Below are positions 24,532-38,312 of a stretch of 64,000 nucleotides of DNA, piece after piece. Position numbers and translations under genes: made by a program. The DNA is from Gekko japonicus (Eukaryota): the NCBI RefSeq assembly GCF_001447785.1, contig NW_015167071.1, forward strand, positions 1 to 64,000, in the 5' to 3' direction. Position 1 is the stretch's first letter; the number at the start of each line of letters is the position of its first letter. The notes under the pieces were generated by a model. The model did no database searches, was not told the origin of the DNA, and was given only the letters and a program-made list of their open reading frames with translations.

Positions 24532-25005
24532 GTGTTATTACTTGCAGGCAAATTTTCACACAGCAGCCAGGACCCTGCAGGGGAATTGGTTTCACCTACT
24601 GCAGAGTTGCAGCAGCAACAACAACTTCAAGGCAGCAGGAGATAAAGCTCTGCCACCACGGTTTGAGTTCAGCCACAGAGCTGCTTAGCAGCTGTTTGAG
24701 TTGGACAGCGGTGGGGCAAGAAGAGTCAAGGCTCAGTCCATGAGTGATTACAGTTGTCGAACACATAATCCTCCCCTCAAAGTTTCTGGCATTCCCAATA
24801 CAAATAGAATTCATTGATAATAAATCACAGCAATCCTAGGAAGATACTTGGGAGTACGTGTGCAGCAGGGACTATACTCAGTTTGTAATGGTTCCAGCAG
24901 GCTCGACTGTGATCATGGATAAAAACCCTAAAAGTAACCAAAGGCAAAAAGTATGTTTTTCAACACAGTTGCCCGTTTTGTTGGTGTGTTTTTTAACCAG
25001 TTTTA

Positions 25006-25023
25006 TATTGCCACCTAGTGGCT
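25006..25023 (-). promoter_or_regulatory. Candidate CTCF site
   Basis: Same 17-mer, TATTGCCACCTAGTGGC, as at 22778-22794. Confidence 0.5.
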
Positions 25024-25195
25024 ATTTACAATATAAACTTTTTCTCTCCAGATGTAATAGCTGTGGTAAGGAGGATAAATGATGTAAATACCACTGTTCT
25101 TCATACCTGAAATTCTTGTCATCTGACACCCCCCCCCCCAATTGGGAATTCTCCTCTGTTTGGAGCACTGACCATGTACCTACTGCAGCTCTCGG

Positions 25196-25401
25196 CAAGG
25201 CTCCCTCTAAGCTGTGGAGTCTTGTGAGCAACAACTCTACTTTGTGAGCCACCGGCATTACAGTGGTGAGCAAGCGATTTGGCTCCTGCATAAATCAGTG
25301 TGCTCTGGAGCCCTCCTTCCTGAGCTGAGACAAAAATGTGAGAGCCGGAGGCTAAAAAACTGTGAGCTAGCTCACACTGACTCAGTTTAGAGGGAACACT
25401 G
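25196..25401. mobile_element. hAT MITE copy 2
   Basis: Same family TIRs; perfect 8-bp TSD GCTCTCGG. Confidence 0.88.
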
Positions 25402-25982
25402 GCTCTCGGTATCTTCACTTCGTATCTCCCGTCTCTTCATGTCACTAATGTATATTCACATTCTGATGAAACACTGCAAAAAGCAAAATTGATGTGATTG
25501 TATGTATCAAGATTCCTTTCCTCCCCACCTCACTAACCAGTGAGAGGTATGGAACTGACCTGCTGTAGAGATATGCAGAGCGGCAAAACACTGCACAGAA
25601 AGAATCTTGGTGCTATCATATATATAACATCAAGGGCATTTTGGTAGTTTTTTTTTTTTTAAATCATGCCTGTCCTTTGGTAGCATGACCATTTAAAAAG
25701 CTGAAGAAAATGCAAGGGTAAGATGACAAAATTGACTGAACCCCACATACGGAAAAAATATGGGATGTGTTTGCAGTGGAGACACTATCAAATCAAATCT
25801 TAGAAACCAGCTCTCATGGGTGAGGCATTTCTTGTGATGGAAAACCAATGGGTTGATGACACAGACAAAGGCCATGCTACTTTGTTGCTCCTTCTAGATC
25901 GATCTGCAGCCTTTGATGATGCCATTCTGTTGAGATATATTTGGAGGCAGAAGTAGGTATCAGTGGGTGTGCCTTGGACTGA

Positions 25983-26268
25983 TTGGTGTAGTGGTTAAGT
26001 GTGCAGACTCTAATCTGGGGGAACCGGGTTTGATTCCCCACTCCTCCACTTGCACCTGCTGGATTACCTTGGGCAAGCCCTAGCTCTGATAAGAGCTGTT
26101 CTTGAAAAAAGAGCAGTTTCTGTCAAGAGCTCTCTCAGCCCCACCTACCTCACAAGGTGTCTGTTGTGGGGAGGAGAAGGGAAAGGAGTTTGTAAGACGC
26201 TCTGAGACACCTTTGGGTAGTGAGAGGCGGGGTATAAATCCAATCTCCTCCTCCTCCTCCTCCTCCTC
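25983..26268 (+). mobile_element. tRNA-derived SINE (Squam3-like), apparently inserted in an old L2 RT remnant
   Basis: TGGTGTAGTGGTTAAG..GGTTTGATTCCC A/B boxes and (TCC)n tail; the upstream flank translates DKGHATLLLLLDRSAAFD (L2-like). Confidence 0.7.
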
Positions 26269-28216
26269 ATTCATCAGGGACAGAGTTTCCTTTCCACTGG
26301 AGACCAGTGTGGGAGCTGTCTTGTGGACAGGGCGCAGTCTTATCGCCCATGTTATTCAACCTCTATGTGAAGCCTTTAGGAGGAATCACTCATGGAACTG
26401 GATGGGGAACCAAACTTGCTGAACTGGCTCAGTTCGGGTGAGGGCCTATTAGCTTGGTTTGGAGGCCACCCCGAACCAAACTGGACTGGTTTTTTTGGGT
26501 TCATACGCATTCCTGTTAGGGACTGTGGGCTACACTACTATGTCTAGTATGTACTGTTTGTTGCTGTAAGTATGATCCTACTCTGTAGTTTCTGCACCGT
26601 TTCATGTGCCGCACAAAAGAGATGGGGCACATTGACACAGAAGAGGGGTAGATTGATGGAGAAGACAGGGCAAAAGAGATGGGGATAGGTTGTCACTTTG
26701 TCGGGTTGGGCCTGGCCTTGCGTGCCATAAAATGTAATGCCAGGTACTGGTGACACAGTATAAAGGACAGAGGAGGCTAAGCTCCGAGTTGGTGTGTCCT
26801 CACTGCAATGCCCCATGGGTTGGATGGTGCAAAGGAAAACCTGCATGGGTGGACTGGAGACCCAATGGTGCGGCTCTGGGCAGACAATCCTGCACTGTCT
26901 GGAGGGGGGCAAACCTCTTCCCCAGGCCACTCCTGCTGCCAATGCTGTGAGCCCAGGCTCCAGGGTAAAAATGCGAAATGGCTGGGTGTTGTGAGCTCCC
27001 CCCTGCTTCCAAGCCACCATGAAAGGGGACTGGGAAAACAAGTTGAACTAACCATCATGCCTGCGGAAGTGAGAGAGTGGTGGGGGCCCAGGTGTGTGGC
27101 CACGTGCACAGCAGGACCCAGGCCAAGCAAAGCCTGATAAGCCTGATAAGTTGCTTGCGGGCCCCTTATAAGAGTCCTGGATGGGCCAGTTCCAGCCCCC
27201 AGGCCTTATGTTTGACACCCTTAACCTAGGGAGTTCCTGTTTTCCATGCGAGCAAAAATCCCTGCGTGAAAACAGTCCCAATGAGCTTCATGGCAGAGTG
27301 CAAGTTTGAACCCAGGTTTCCCCAGTTCAGTTTCAGGTATGTAAAAATTATGATACTGAGGTTTAAAGCACATGTATTGAACATATTGGGGGAAACACCA
27401 TTGATATCCAATTCAGATATTTATTTCCTTCCTCAAAGCAGTGTGTTTTTGTAAAACAACAACAGCAACAAAAATGTGCTGGTACGTATAATATAAGGTT
27501 GCACTGATTTCCACAAATTCTCCCCTCAAGACTTGGGAGATGCCCCCCCCCCAGGTGCCAGTACTCAGTACCAGTGAGTACTGCGGTACTGCCACAAAAA
27601 AACCCTCCTGCCTAAAAACATTTTATCAGCAGTGGGAGGCAAAAGGGTTCATATGGGGGAGGGAAAGGAACACACACACATTCCCCCCCAACAGACAATA
27701 GCATGCCATTACATGTGTGGTGGAATGTGCCTGCTCTGGCCTACAGGCCCTATTCCAACCTACCCTCCAAAGTTTTCCCAACACCTGAGGGGCTTTTATC
27801 ACTCTCCGGTAACCCTTCGCCACCATCTGATCTTTGCAGGAGTTACCCACTGGGAGGGTCAGGATTGCCAGCTTCCCTTTTAAGTTCTCAGGCCTTGCCT
27901 CTGTGTCTCCCACTACCCAGCTCCTGGTCACCAGGGGGACCATTTACTGCCTTGTGTATCCCTGGAGGAATAGCTACTTGCCAACTGACTGCTTTCACCC
28001 TCCTGGCACTCCTTTTAAAAATAGCATGTCCAAGATGGTAGAGGTCTATGTGGTACAGAGAATCACTACCAGCATCAAAAGTTATGAAGTATTTATTTAA
28101 GAGAAGCTGTTCACAAGCATAGTTTTAGCACAGCACCAGAATGAGCAAAGGATTAAAAAGAAACGGGTAAAATGCAATTCCTTAGCTTAGGAAGTTACAG
28201 AATTTTAATTACCTTC

Positions 28217-30005
28217 ATAGAATCATAGAAACATAGAATGTGAGAGTTGGAAGGGACCTTGCAGGTCATCTAGTCCAACCCCCTGCACTCTGCAGGAGCA
28301 TAGCCAAAAGATAGCCCTACATACCTACATACCTACAACATATCCGAAAGATGGTCGTCCAGCCTCTGCTTGAAAATGTCCAGCGAAGGAGCAGCACACC
28401 ACCTCCCAAGGCAGACTGTTCCACTGCTCAACCACTCTTACAGTTAGGAAGTTTCTCCTGATATTTAGCCAGTAACGACTCCCTTGTAATTTCCACCCAT
28501 TAGACCTAGTCTTGCAATCCAGAGCAAGAGAGAATAGATCCATTCCATCTTCTACATGACAGCCATTCAAATACTTGAAGACTGCAATCATGTCCCCTCT
28601 AAGCCTTCTCTTTCCCAAGCTAAACATACCCAACNNNNNNNNNNNNNNNNNNNNNNNNNNNNNNNNNNNNNNNNNNNNNNNNNNNNNNNNNNNNNNNNNN
28701 NNNNNNNNNNNNNNNNNNNNNNNNNNNNNNNNNNNNNNNNNNNNNNNNNNNNNNNNNNNNNNNNNNNNNNNNNNNNNNNNNNNNNNNNNNNNNNNNNNNN
28801 NNNNNNNNNNNNNNNNNNNNNNNNNNNNNNNNNNNNNNNNNNNNNNNNNNNNNNNNNNNNNNNNNNNNNNNNNNNNNNNNNNNNNNNNNNNNNNNNNNNN
28901 NNNNNNNNNNNNNNNNNNNNNNNNNNNNNNCAGCCCACTGTTCCAGCCTATCTAGATCATTTTGAATCCTGACTCTGTCTTCTTCAGAATTAGCAATCCC
29001 ACCCAGCTTCGTGTCATCTGCAAATTTGATAAGCATCCCCCCATGTCTTCCTCCAGGTCATTTATAAAAAAATTAAAAAACACCGGGCCTAGGACTGAGC
29101 CCCGAGGCAATCCACTTGAGACTTCCCTCCACATAGACGCAGAGCCATTTACGAGCACTCGTTGGGTACGATTTTTCAACCAACCACGAATCCATCTAAC
29201 GGTTGCACCATCCAGCCCACACTTAATCAGCTTATCCTCAAGGATATCATGAGAAACTTTGTGAAATGCTTTACTGAAATCTAGATACACTATATCCACA
29301 GCATTGCCAGAGTCAACCATTTTAGTAACTCTGTCAAAAAAGGAGATAAGCTTGGTCTGGCATGACTTATTCTTGATAAACCCATGCTGGCTACTACCAA
29401 TTAACTCATTCCATTCAAGGTGCTCACATATAGAGCATTTAATAATCTGCTCTAGAATTTTCCTAAGTATTGATGTCAAACTGACAGGCCTGTAATTTCC
29501 CGGGTCCATCTTTTCCCCCTTCTTGAAGATCGGGACAACATTCGCTCTTCTCCAGTCTTCCAGCACAACACCAGTACTCCAGGACATATCAAAGATTAGA
29601 GCCAGAGGCTCTGAAATAACATCTGCAGTTTCTTTTAGCACCCTGGGACGCAAGCCATCTGGCCCTGGAGATTTGAAAGTATTTAAGGCAGCTAGATGCT
29701 CTCTAACCATTTCCTTACTTACTCTGGACCAGCAGTTCCCCCGTCCTTCATATGCCCTGCCTTCTTCCATTTGTATATAGCTCACCTTATAGTTAAAGAC
29801 CGATGCAAAGGGAGAGTTGAATAATTCCACTTTGTCTTCATCCCTTGTTAAGGCTTGACCATCTTCTCCTAGCAATGAGCTTACCCCATCCATGTTCTTC
29901 TTTTTGCTTTAAACATAGGCATAGGAATTTTTCTTGTTATTTGTAGCATCCCCCACAATCCTCAGCTCCATCTGCGCTTTAGCCTTTCTGACACCATCCT
30001 TCAGC
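28217..30005 (-). mobile_element. CR1 LINE, 5'-truncated (second subfamily), spanning an assembly gap at 28635-28930
   Basis: ORF2 motifs [39 protein letters not shown] and FADDTKL; (ATTCTATG)n tail. Confidence 0.93.
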
Positions 30006-32844
30006 TTTCCAGGACAGCATATGGTTAAATGACTGCCCCCTTTAGACCTCCGTTAAGAGTTCTGTCTGCTCTGATGGACCCAACACCAAAGAGACCCATG
30101 TGGAAGGGCGGGATATGAATCTAATAAATAAATAAAATAAATAAATACAAAATTCCTTGCTCCCCTGAGTTTTATCACCTCTCTTTTCCCCACCCCCTAA
30201 CCAGGTCAGAGAGGCTTTTCCTGAAGTCTCCAGAAAGTTCCTTCCTAAAGTCTCTCTAGTATTTAATTCCTCCACATCTCTGTTCTGTGCTTGGAGAAGT
30301 GGAGCGCTTGACCATCCCATCTTCTAGACCTATTAGCATTTGTATGAAGCATTTATATGAAGATGGGTTGAGGTAAGCCTGGAAAGCAATTGAATTTACT
30401 TCCCCGTTTCCTGCCTGTTTTCTGCTGGGTGGTGGTGGGGGGACTTTTAAAACTCATTTGCTTGTTTCAAATTTCCAAATAAAGAAATGCCTTTCTTCAG
30501 AATCTGGCTACCTTTCTTCAAACTGAAACTTCCAGCGTTGCTGTGTTACTAATGACCTTGTGCAATGAGGAACTGTTATTACGCAATCAAATTCCTGCTT
30601 CCACTCACAAGCTAAGAAAGCTTTTCGAACCTTATGGGGTCATCCTTGATTACTCACGTACCGAACAGCAAACTCCTATTCTCCTCCACTCCTCCACCCC
30701 CCCACACACACAAGGCCTTCTGGGAAACAGGATCCTTTCTCTCTCCCACCCCCCTCAAGTCAAAACAGCAGTGGAGAAAGAATTGTTTATTGGGTGAGTG
30801 TTATTTAAAAGCAATGTTTTCATTTTAACCAAATAAAGGCATCAGTGATAGGATCTTAAAAATGTTCGGTGCTTAATATATTTTGTGAATAATACAGCAG
30901 TAGTATTTTTTGTATGTTAGTGACACCGATAAAATCTAAACGGGGGATATTTGACTTCTCAGTGTTTCAGTGGAAGATGTTATGTTTTCTCCATATGCTG
31001 AGTATAGAAGGGTGGGAAGTTCTTTTGTTCCCAATATAGCAGTGCATTTGTTTGCTGCTCCGTTTCCTTGCATAGTACTTTGCTACTCATTTCCCTAAAT
31101 AATTTCCTACCACTTAAGTAGGCAGGACAAATGTACGCCTCAGTCTGAAAGGGAAAAAGTGTATCCTAAGGAATTTTCTTGCACCTTGGTGTGTCAGAGT
31201 GGGTTCAGGCCCTAGATTCAATGTACAGCTTTGCTATTCCTTGGGTGTTCTGGTCTTCTAAGGGAGATGTGGCTTCCAATCCCACTCCAGGCATGGCAAA
31301 TGCCTATGGCTCAGTGGTAGAGCACATGCCTAGGATTCAGAAAGTTCTAGGTAATTTCCTGGAAATCTCCTGTTTGAGGATCTCAGGTTCTAGGCATAGG
31401 ACTGCCCAAGTGTATTCCTCTGCAGAGTTATGTCAGTAAATGAAACATGATCCTTGTCTGAGACTCTGGAAAGCTACTGTCATTCAGGGCAGACAGTTAA
31501 GGGCTATATTTTCAAATAGGGAGTACACCTGTAACTATTACATTCTTTTCAGCCTTATTTTTAAAGGAAAACTCAAAATATCAGGTGTAATTCTTACCAA
31601 TAATTCTAACTCTTCTCCTAGACTGTACTATTGCAGATTAATGCTAATCATCAAATTGTTTTCTATAATTAAATGCCTAGCATGAAGGAAAGATGGGTTG
31701 GATCCAGGTGAAATTTCCCAATGGTGAATGGAAGTTTCCTTCCCCACCCCACAGCCCACTAGTCTCCAAGAAATGCTGTTCCAAGAAACGCTGAAGAAAG
31801 ACATGAGGGGGATTGGTGGAAATTTCCAGTTTGGTCTGGTTTAATCCAGTGTCAAAGGCTCTAGTTTAGCTTTTTGTCTGGCATGCTAGTCTTTTCAACT
31901 GCAAAGTTCTCTGCCATAGATCAGAGGGAGGAATTGGCTGTCTCTTGCCACCACTGAAGCCAGGGTGGCAGGAAGGAGCCACCACTGCTGCTCACAATCT
32001 TCATAGACAGCTGAGTGTGTGGTGGTAATGGCTACTCCTAGGTGCCACTGTAACTTGCTTTTTCATGAAGAAGCGAACAGTGGGGATGCATTGCCAGCTA
32101 TGAACAGCTAGGCCACTGCTCAGCTACCTGCTTGCTTGTTTCCCTCAGGGTTAGACCATTGTGACTTGTTGGGGAGTACAATGAATTGGCATGTGGTCAA
32201 GGATCATCCAAAGCCTGGGACACACCCCATAAATATTGTAATCAGTCGTAGCAGAGTAAAATTAAGCAATCACAGAACCGCTTTGCCATGTGTCCTAATG
32301 TTCTCCATGTTATGTGTTGTTGTAATCAAAGTATCTTTAATACCATAAGACAAAAGCAACCGGGGCAATTTTAAGCTCACAAAACTCAGGAGGAAAAATG
32401 GTTACACATCTTTTCCCACCACCACTTCCCATCTTTTAATCACAGCCTTCAAGGCTGCTTTTCAAAAAGAAAAAAAGGTGGGGGGACTATTGTGGAAGAT
32501 AAGACAGATAGGAAGGTAAGACCCTAAGTCTTATGCAGCTGAACCATTCAACCTAGACTGAGGTAATGTGGACCAAGTTAATGTCATTTATGAAACACTA
32601 GTTAACAAGGCAGAAACTTGTGGGTTTAATAGATTTTAAGGTATCCTAAAATCCACCCATGCCAGTATTATGAACAGGTGGGCCTATTTATTAAAGGTAT
32701 CCTCCAACATTCTTTTTAATTACATAGTTTTGAAAAGTGAAAATATCGTTGCACCTTTGATTTGCTCCACAGCTGGGCAAACTGTTTACATAGTAAGTAA
32801 ATAATCCTGAAATAGATAATCTCTCGACTGGGACTTTATCAAAG

Positions 32845-33458
32845 CTATTGGCTGCCAATAGCGTACCGGGTCCGCTTCAAAGTGCTGGTTCTTACCTATA
32901 AAGTGCTATATGACCAGGGTCCAGCTTACCTAAGGGACCGCTTTTCCCCATATGTTCCCCCAAGGGCACTACGGTCGGGGGCAAAACATTTTCTGGTCGT
33001 TCCAGCCCCGAGAGATGTTAAATATGCTGCGACTAGGGCCAGAGCTTTTTCGGTGGTGGCTCCTATCTGGTGGAACAAGCTCCCGGAGGAGATCAGGGCC
33101 CTGCGGGACCTTATGCAGTTCTACAGGGCCTGCAAGATGGAGCTCTTCCACCAGGCTTTCGAGTAGAAGCCGCCACCGTCACTGTACCACCATCACGTTG
33201 CCATCTCTGGCGATGCGAACTGGCCTTGGGAAGGGAGAACGGACAGCGTAGACCGATCAAGAAGAGACAGTGGTACCTCTGAAACATTGCACTGGAGTCC
33301 CCGTCTTGGATGATATATTGTTGTGAGCACCAGTTTTAAATGTATAATGTAATCTGATTGTTTTATTTGGTTTTAGTGTTATGTATGGCAATTGCCTCTT
33401 GTTAGCCACCCTGAGCCCATGTGGAAAGGCGGGATATAAGCCTAATAAATAAATAAAT
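32845..33458 (+). mobile_element. L2 LINE 3' fragment
   Basis: WLPIAYRVRFKVLVLTYK..GPAYLRDR..RAFSVVAPIWWNKLP; ends GGCGGGATATAAG..(TAAA)n. Confidence 0.8.
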
Positions 33459-33856
33459 ATGTTAGCCCTCTGCTTATCAGTTAATTTTTACAATAGAATA
33501 AATGTTGTGCTGTTGAGAGTTAGGGTTAGGTTTAGGGGGAAATCCACACCAGGCATTTGGTGACAAGCATGCACTTTCTGTAGCACATGCTCACAGCCAG
33601 CAAACTGTGACTGATTTAGGTCTCTTTCTGCCTCCCCACCATGGTTATCTGTAAAACTGAAGGGAAGTCCTTACATAGGAAGTCCTTACATAGCATCACA
33701 CATTGTGTAACACACTGCAGAACACAAGGACTGGTAGAGTTAAACTTTCAGTGACATTCATATTGCCTCTCAGTGGCTCTTGGGCAAACCCATTTTCTCA
33801 GTCCCACTCCCTATTTACAAAATGGGCCCACTCCCTATTTACAAAATGGGAATAAG

Positions 33857-35569
33857 GAGTTTCTGGTTTTGGCGAGTCGCTGACGGGTGCATTTCATCGA
33901 GCTCCAATGAATGCGACCTGTGACCGTAGTGGCTGGGAGGGGTACTGGATGATTCTGGTCCCCACCGCTGCGAGACCAGCAACGGCAGCAGAAACGCACA
34001 CCGGGACAGGCGAACAGGAGATCAAGCACTTTAAAGGTCTCCCTACCTTACTGAAGCAAGCAGCCGATGAAGAGTGAGTCTGTATGCTTTTAATCCAGAC
34101 AAAAATCTAAGCGGACAGCTTCCCCCAACCCCTTAAATTCAAAAGTGGAGGGAATTGAGCTGGTCTTATCCTGGGAGAAAAAAGCAGCAACTGTAAGAGG
34201 TGGAGGGGGGGGGGAAGCTGATTAAAAAGCATTGTTTAGCACAAATAGAGTGCTGACTGGTTAAAAAGCATGATTGAATAAACCTACAGAGACTTTTTTG
34301 GACTTTCTCTTAATGTAAACAATCCTGCATCGGACTGAAAAAATGGCACCGAAAGTCTTCTCCTTCAGGGACTTTCAGCTCAACAGCATCAGCTTCCAAA
34401 CAGGAAGCAACCATAGACTTTCCAAGCATGTTAACCACTGCACTTCACCCTCTACTGGACCAGATGACTCATCTTAATAATAACTTTGAGACTCTCAAAA
34501 AATAGCTAAAAGAAGTCAATATAAAAACAGAGAATACAGCAAAGTCAGTGCGAAAAGTCAATGCTAAGACAAAAGCATCGAAACAGAGACTGGAGGCAGT
34601 GGAAAAAGAGAAAGCCTTTCATAAACAACAGCTGTTAAAACTACAAATGGAAAAATCATCATTTATCCTGAGATTTCAAGGTATTCTGGAACAAAATGGG
34701 GAAAACCTCAAGGAGATTTTAAGTGACGCCTTGGCACCAGTAGTAGACCTTAAAGCGGAACTTATACAAAACGAAATGGATGTAGTCTACTGGACTTATC
34801 CAGACCACATCAAGAAAAATAAGGTACCTGGTGAAATATTTGTGAAATTCTCCAAAATGTCTATTAGAGATGCTATACTCAAAGCGACTAACAGGATTAC
34901 TCTAAAAATCAAAGGTGAAGAAATTAGAATTTTAAAAGACATTCCATTTGAGATAAGAAAGACGAGACAACAATACAAAAAACTGACAACATATCTACAG
35001 AAAAATTCCACTCCCTACAGGTGGATTTTGCCAGAGGGTCTTATCTTCAACTTCAAAGAGAAAAAATAGATTCTGTTATAAAAGCTAAAGCATTTTTTGG
35101 AACAGCATCAAAAAACAGAGAAAGATGGAAAAGTGGAGGACAACAATGCAGAAGAAGAGTACAGCAGAACTGGGTCAGGAAACAGCTCTACAGCGGGCAG
35201 CTCCTCAGGAGAAGATTCTGAATCTGAAGCTGCCCCCAAACTTCTTAAAGTCAGATGGAACTATGATAAAGATAAGCCTAAAGGGAAAAAAAAACTAAAA
35301 ATGAATGAACCCTGAAAGTTTAATAATATTTAGCTTAAAATACCAGAATACACTTTATTGGCTAATATTGTTTGTACTGGAATATATCTGAATCAGCTAA
35401 TCTCACTCTTCATCATGTAGAATGTTAAAGCTAAGGGAAATTTTGGAAAAAGTAATTCTTTATCATATTAGATCCCTGTTTATCTGTATTTTATAGTTAA
35501 CTTTTCCACGTTCCATGCCCTTTGTAGTATGTAGTGAAAATGTAATAAAAATTTAAAAAAACAAAAAAA
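33857..35569 (+). mobile_element. Apparently full-length L1-related element encoding only ORF1 (half-L1-like), decayed
   Basis: 16-bp TSD ACAAAATGGGAATAAG (33841-33856 and 35570-35585), CpG-rich 5' UTR, disrupted ORF1 at about 34343-35315 (coiled coil, LRFQGILE RRM-like segment, KDIP..YRW..P C-terminal domain), AATAAA and poly(A); no ORF2. Confidence 0.85.
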
Positions 35570-36519
35570 ACAAAATGGGAATAAGAATCTTTTTTTTAGA
35601 AGGCTCTATGAAGGCTTATGCAATTTGTAGATCATTCCTGGTTCCTTTAGATATAATCCTTTGTGGTGACATTTCTACCTTGTATACAATCACAAGGGAG
35701 TGAGGCTCAGGAAAGGCATGACATTTTACAACCAAGTCTCCATTTTCCATGGTGAGCTTCTCTAAATACAGTTAAACAACAAATAAGAAATATACTTCCT
35801 AAGCAATGCTTTCTGTGGATGATCTTCTAACAGGCAAGACAACTCTTCCTGATTGGGGTCAAACTCAGGTCAGCCAAGTCAGCAGATCATAAACTTTTAC
35901 TATAATGTATATTATAAATATACAGTAAAAGCATATAACCAAGAGATCCTTGTCCCTACATTTGTCCGTTTTTACCAGAGAGCCAGTGTGGCGAAGTCTA
36001 GACTAGAATGTCAGACCAGGATCTTTAAGAGAATGATTTAAGCCATTATTATTGCATACATTATAATGGAACAGTCTCCCCCACCAATACTTGTGGGTGT
36101 AGGTTTAGTTCTCATGGGGTGAAGCCTCTGCTTGTTAGTTCTGTTCCTTGGTTTAAAAAATTATAGACTGCTTGAGCTAGCCTGTCTGAGACCAGTTGTG
36201 TCCATCCCTGCATCTTCTTGCTAATAAATGGATATTGTTTTGAATGCAGCTGTATCTCCTATGTGAACCTGACAGCAGGAACCTTAGTGAGTATCCAGTT
36301 CCCAATTTGCAAGCAAAAGGGAACATCTCAAGCGTCCCCAATGGGGTGAAAGGCATGGTATAAATGAAGTAAATAAATAAAGAACATTTGTATTCTTTCT
36401 CTGTTAGTTACTCAACAGAGCTCAGATTATAAAACATCCACAAAAAGATGAAGGCATATCCTAGAGGCCTGAGCTGACTGCTCATCATGTCTAGGATGAT
36501 ACATTTTTAGGGTTGCCAG

Positions 36520-36725
36520 CAATCTTCCCTCTAAGTCGTGGAGTCTTGTGAGCAAAAATTCTGCTTTGTGAGCTCCTGGCATTAAAGTTGTGAGCGAGCG
36601 ATGTGGCTGCTGCATCAATTAGTTTGCTCTGGAGCCCTCCTTCCTGAGCAAAGACAAAAATGTGTGAGCCAGAGGCTAAAAAACCGTGAGCTAGCTCACA
36701 CTAACTCAGCTTAGAGGGAACACTG
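36520..36725. mobile_element. hAT MITE copy 3
   Basis: 8-bp TSD GTTGCCAG. Confidence 0.88.
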
Positions 36726-36771
36726 GTTGCCAGTCTCCAGGTGGTGGCTAGTGATCTCCTGGAATTACAAC

Positions 36772-36977
36772 CATTGTTCCCTCTAAGCTGAGTTAGTGTG
36801 AGCTAGCTCACAGTTTTTTAGCCTCCAGCTCACACATTTTTGTCTTAGCTCAGGGAGGATGGCTCCAGAGCAAACTAATTTATGCAGTAGCCAAATCACT
36901 CACTCACAACTTTAACACCAGTAGCTCCCCAAGTAGAATTTCTGCTCACAAGACTCCATAGCTTAGAGGGAACATTG
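36772..36977. mobile_element. hAT MITE copy 4 (inverted relative to copy 3)
   Basis: 8-bp TSD ATTACAAC. Confidence 0.88.
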
Positions 36978-38312
36978 ATTACAACTGGTCCTCAGGTTAC
37001 AGAGATCAGTTCCCCAGGAGAAAATGGCTGGATTGGATGGTGGACTGTAAGGCGTAATACCCCACTGAAATCCCTCCCCTCCCCAAACCCTGCCCTCCCA
37101 GGCTCCACCCCTCAAATCTCCAACTTATTAGAATGCCACAATGACTCCCATGGTTTTCATTCAAGCTACTTATAGAGAGTTGTGCAGGTATTGCAGTTTG
37201 TCCCTTTATCATGTATCTGAATTAAGAGGTGTGGTCTGTGCCACATTTGAGGATTACAGTCCCCCATGAACATGGTTCAGGATGCTACCTTTCCAGTTAG
37301 GACATTCTTGACAAAATATTTCACATTTCAGTTCTAAGTTTGTTTTTGATCCTTGTCTGTAACTAAACCTCATTGTAATGCATACTGATCCATTGAGGTA
37401 GAAAGCATGCATACATTTACCCCAGTGCAAAAGGGCCATTACATCATTATTTGTACCCTCAGGACTGCATGGTACAGATCATGCATTCAGAACATGTGTC
37501 TTGGTCGTACAACATAGGCCCTGTACAGTTTGCAGTCGATGGAGGTCAAGGACAAGGCAAACAGGTAAAATACCATTCCCCTCCTTCTCCACCACATGTA
37601 CATTTCCACCCAGTTTGTCAACACAGGATTCCAGAAATATGCAGCTGTACACTGTGAAACACATTTTTTTTAAACTTCGGAAAAAGCCAACACTCCTTAT
37701 CTGCACATTCAAGAAGTACAACTCAGACAGCTTCAGGACAGGAAGATCCCCATAACATTTAAATGACCAACCTTTTTACCTCAGAGACTGTCCCTGCCCC
37801 TTAAAAGGTGTTCCACTGGCACAGTGAATCATGAATACCCAAATCTTCTTTCAGAAGATGGTCCATGACACTCTTTGTTTGCATTCTTCCTGACAGAGAC
37901 AAAAGCTGTGCAAGCGATGGAAGTGACCACCTCCTCTCTGCGAGGATTGCAGCAGGTATGACTGAGTCAGCCAGCACTAGATTATGATAAAATCTGAAAG
38001 TTTTCTTCAAGCCAGGATAGCCAGATGGCTAGAGAATTCACAGTCTCCTGGTTGCTCAGCCAGTTGGTTTGCTGCTCCCCAGTACAGATGAGGACAGAAG
38101 GAAGGTGGGAGATAGGGGAGAGAGAGGAGACAAAATAATTATCATTTTGCGAGTACACATTAACTTCAACAAGAGGGTGGGAAATCCTGTAGTGCAATCC
38201 TAAGCACGCTTGCACCCTTCTTAGTCCTTTGAAGTAATCAGTTTGGATTCAGCCAGATTTTCTGCTGTTGAATAAGGGAAGACGGGGGTCACCACTGTCC
38301 ACCAAGAAAACT

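Noticed and set aside
28556-29036. ORFs containing X runs
   Set aside because: Artefacts of the N gap at 28635-28930 inside a CR1. Other gaps lie at 7404-7435 and 15654-15680.
37463-37565. Exon-like AG...GT segment with a CTVC motif between the paralogs
   Set aside because: No similarity to SSUH2 exons and no partner exons found; no evidence for a third paralog.
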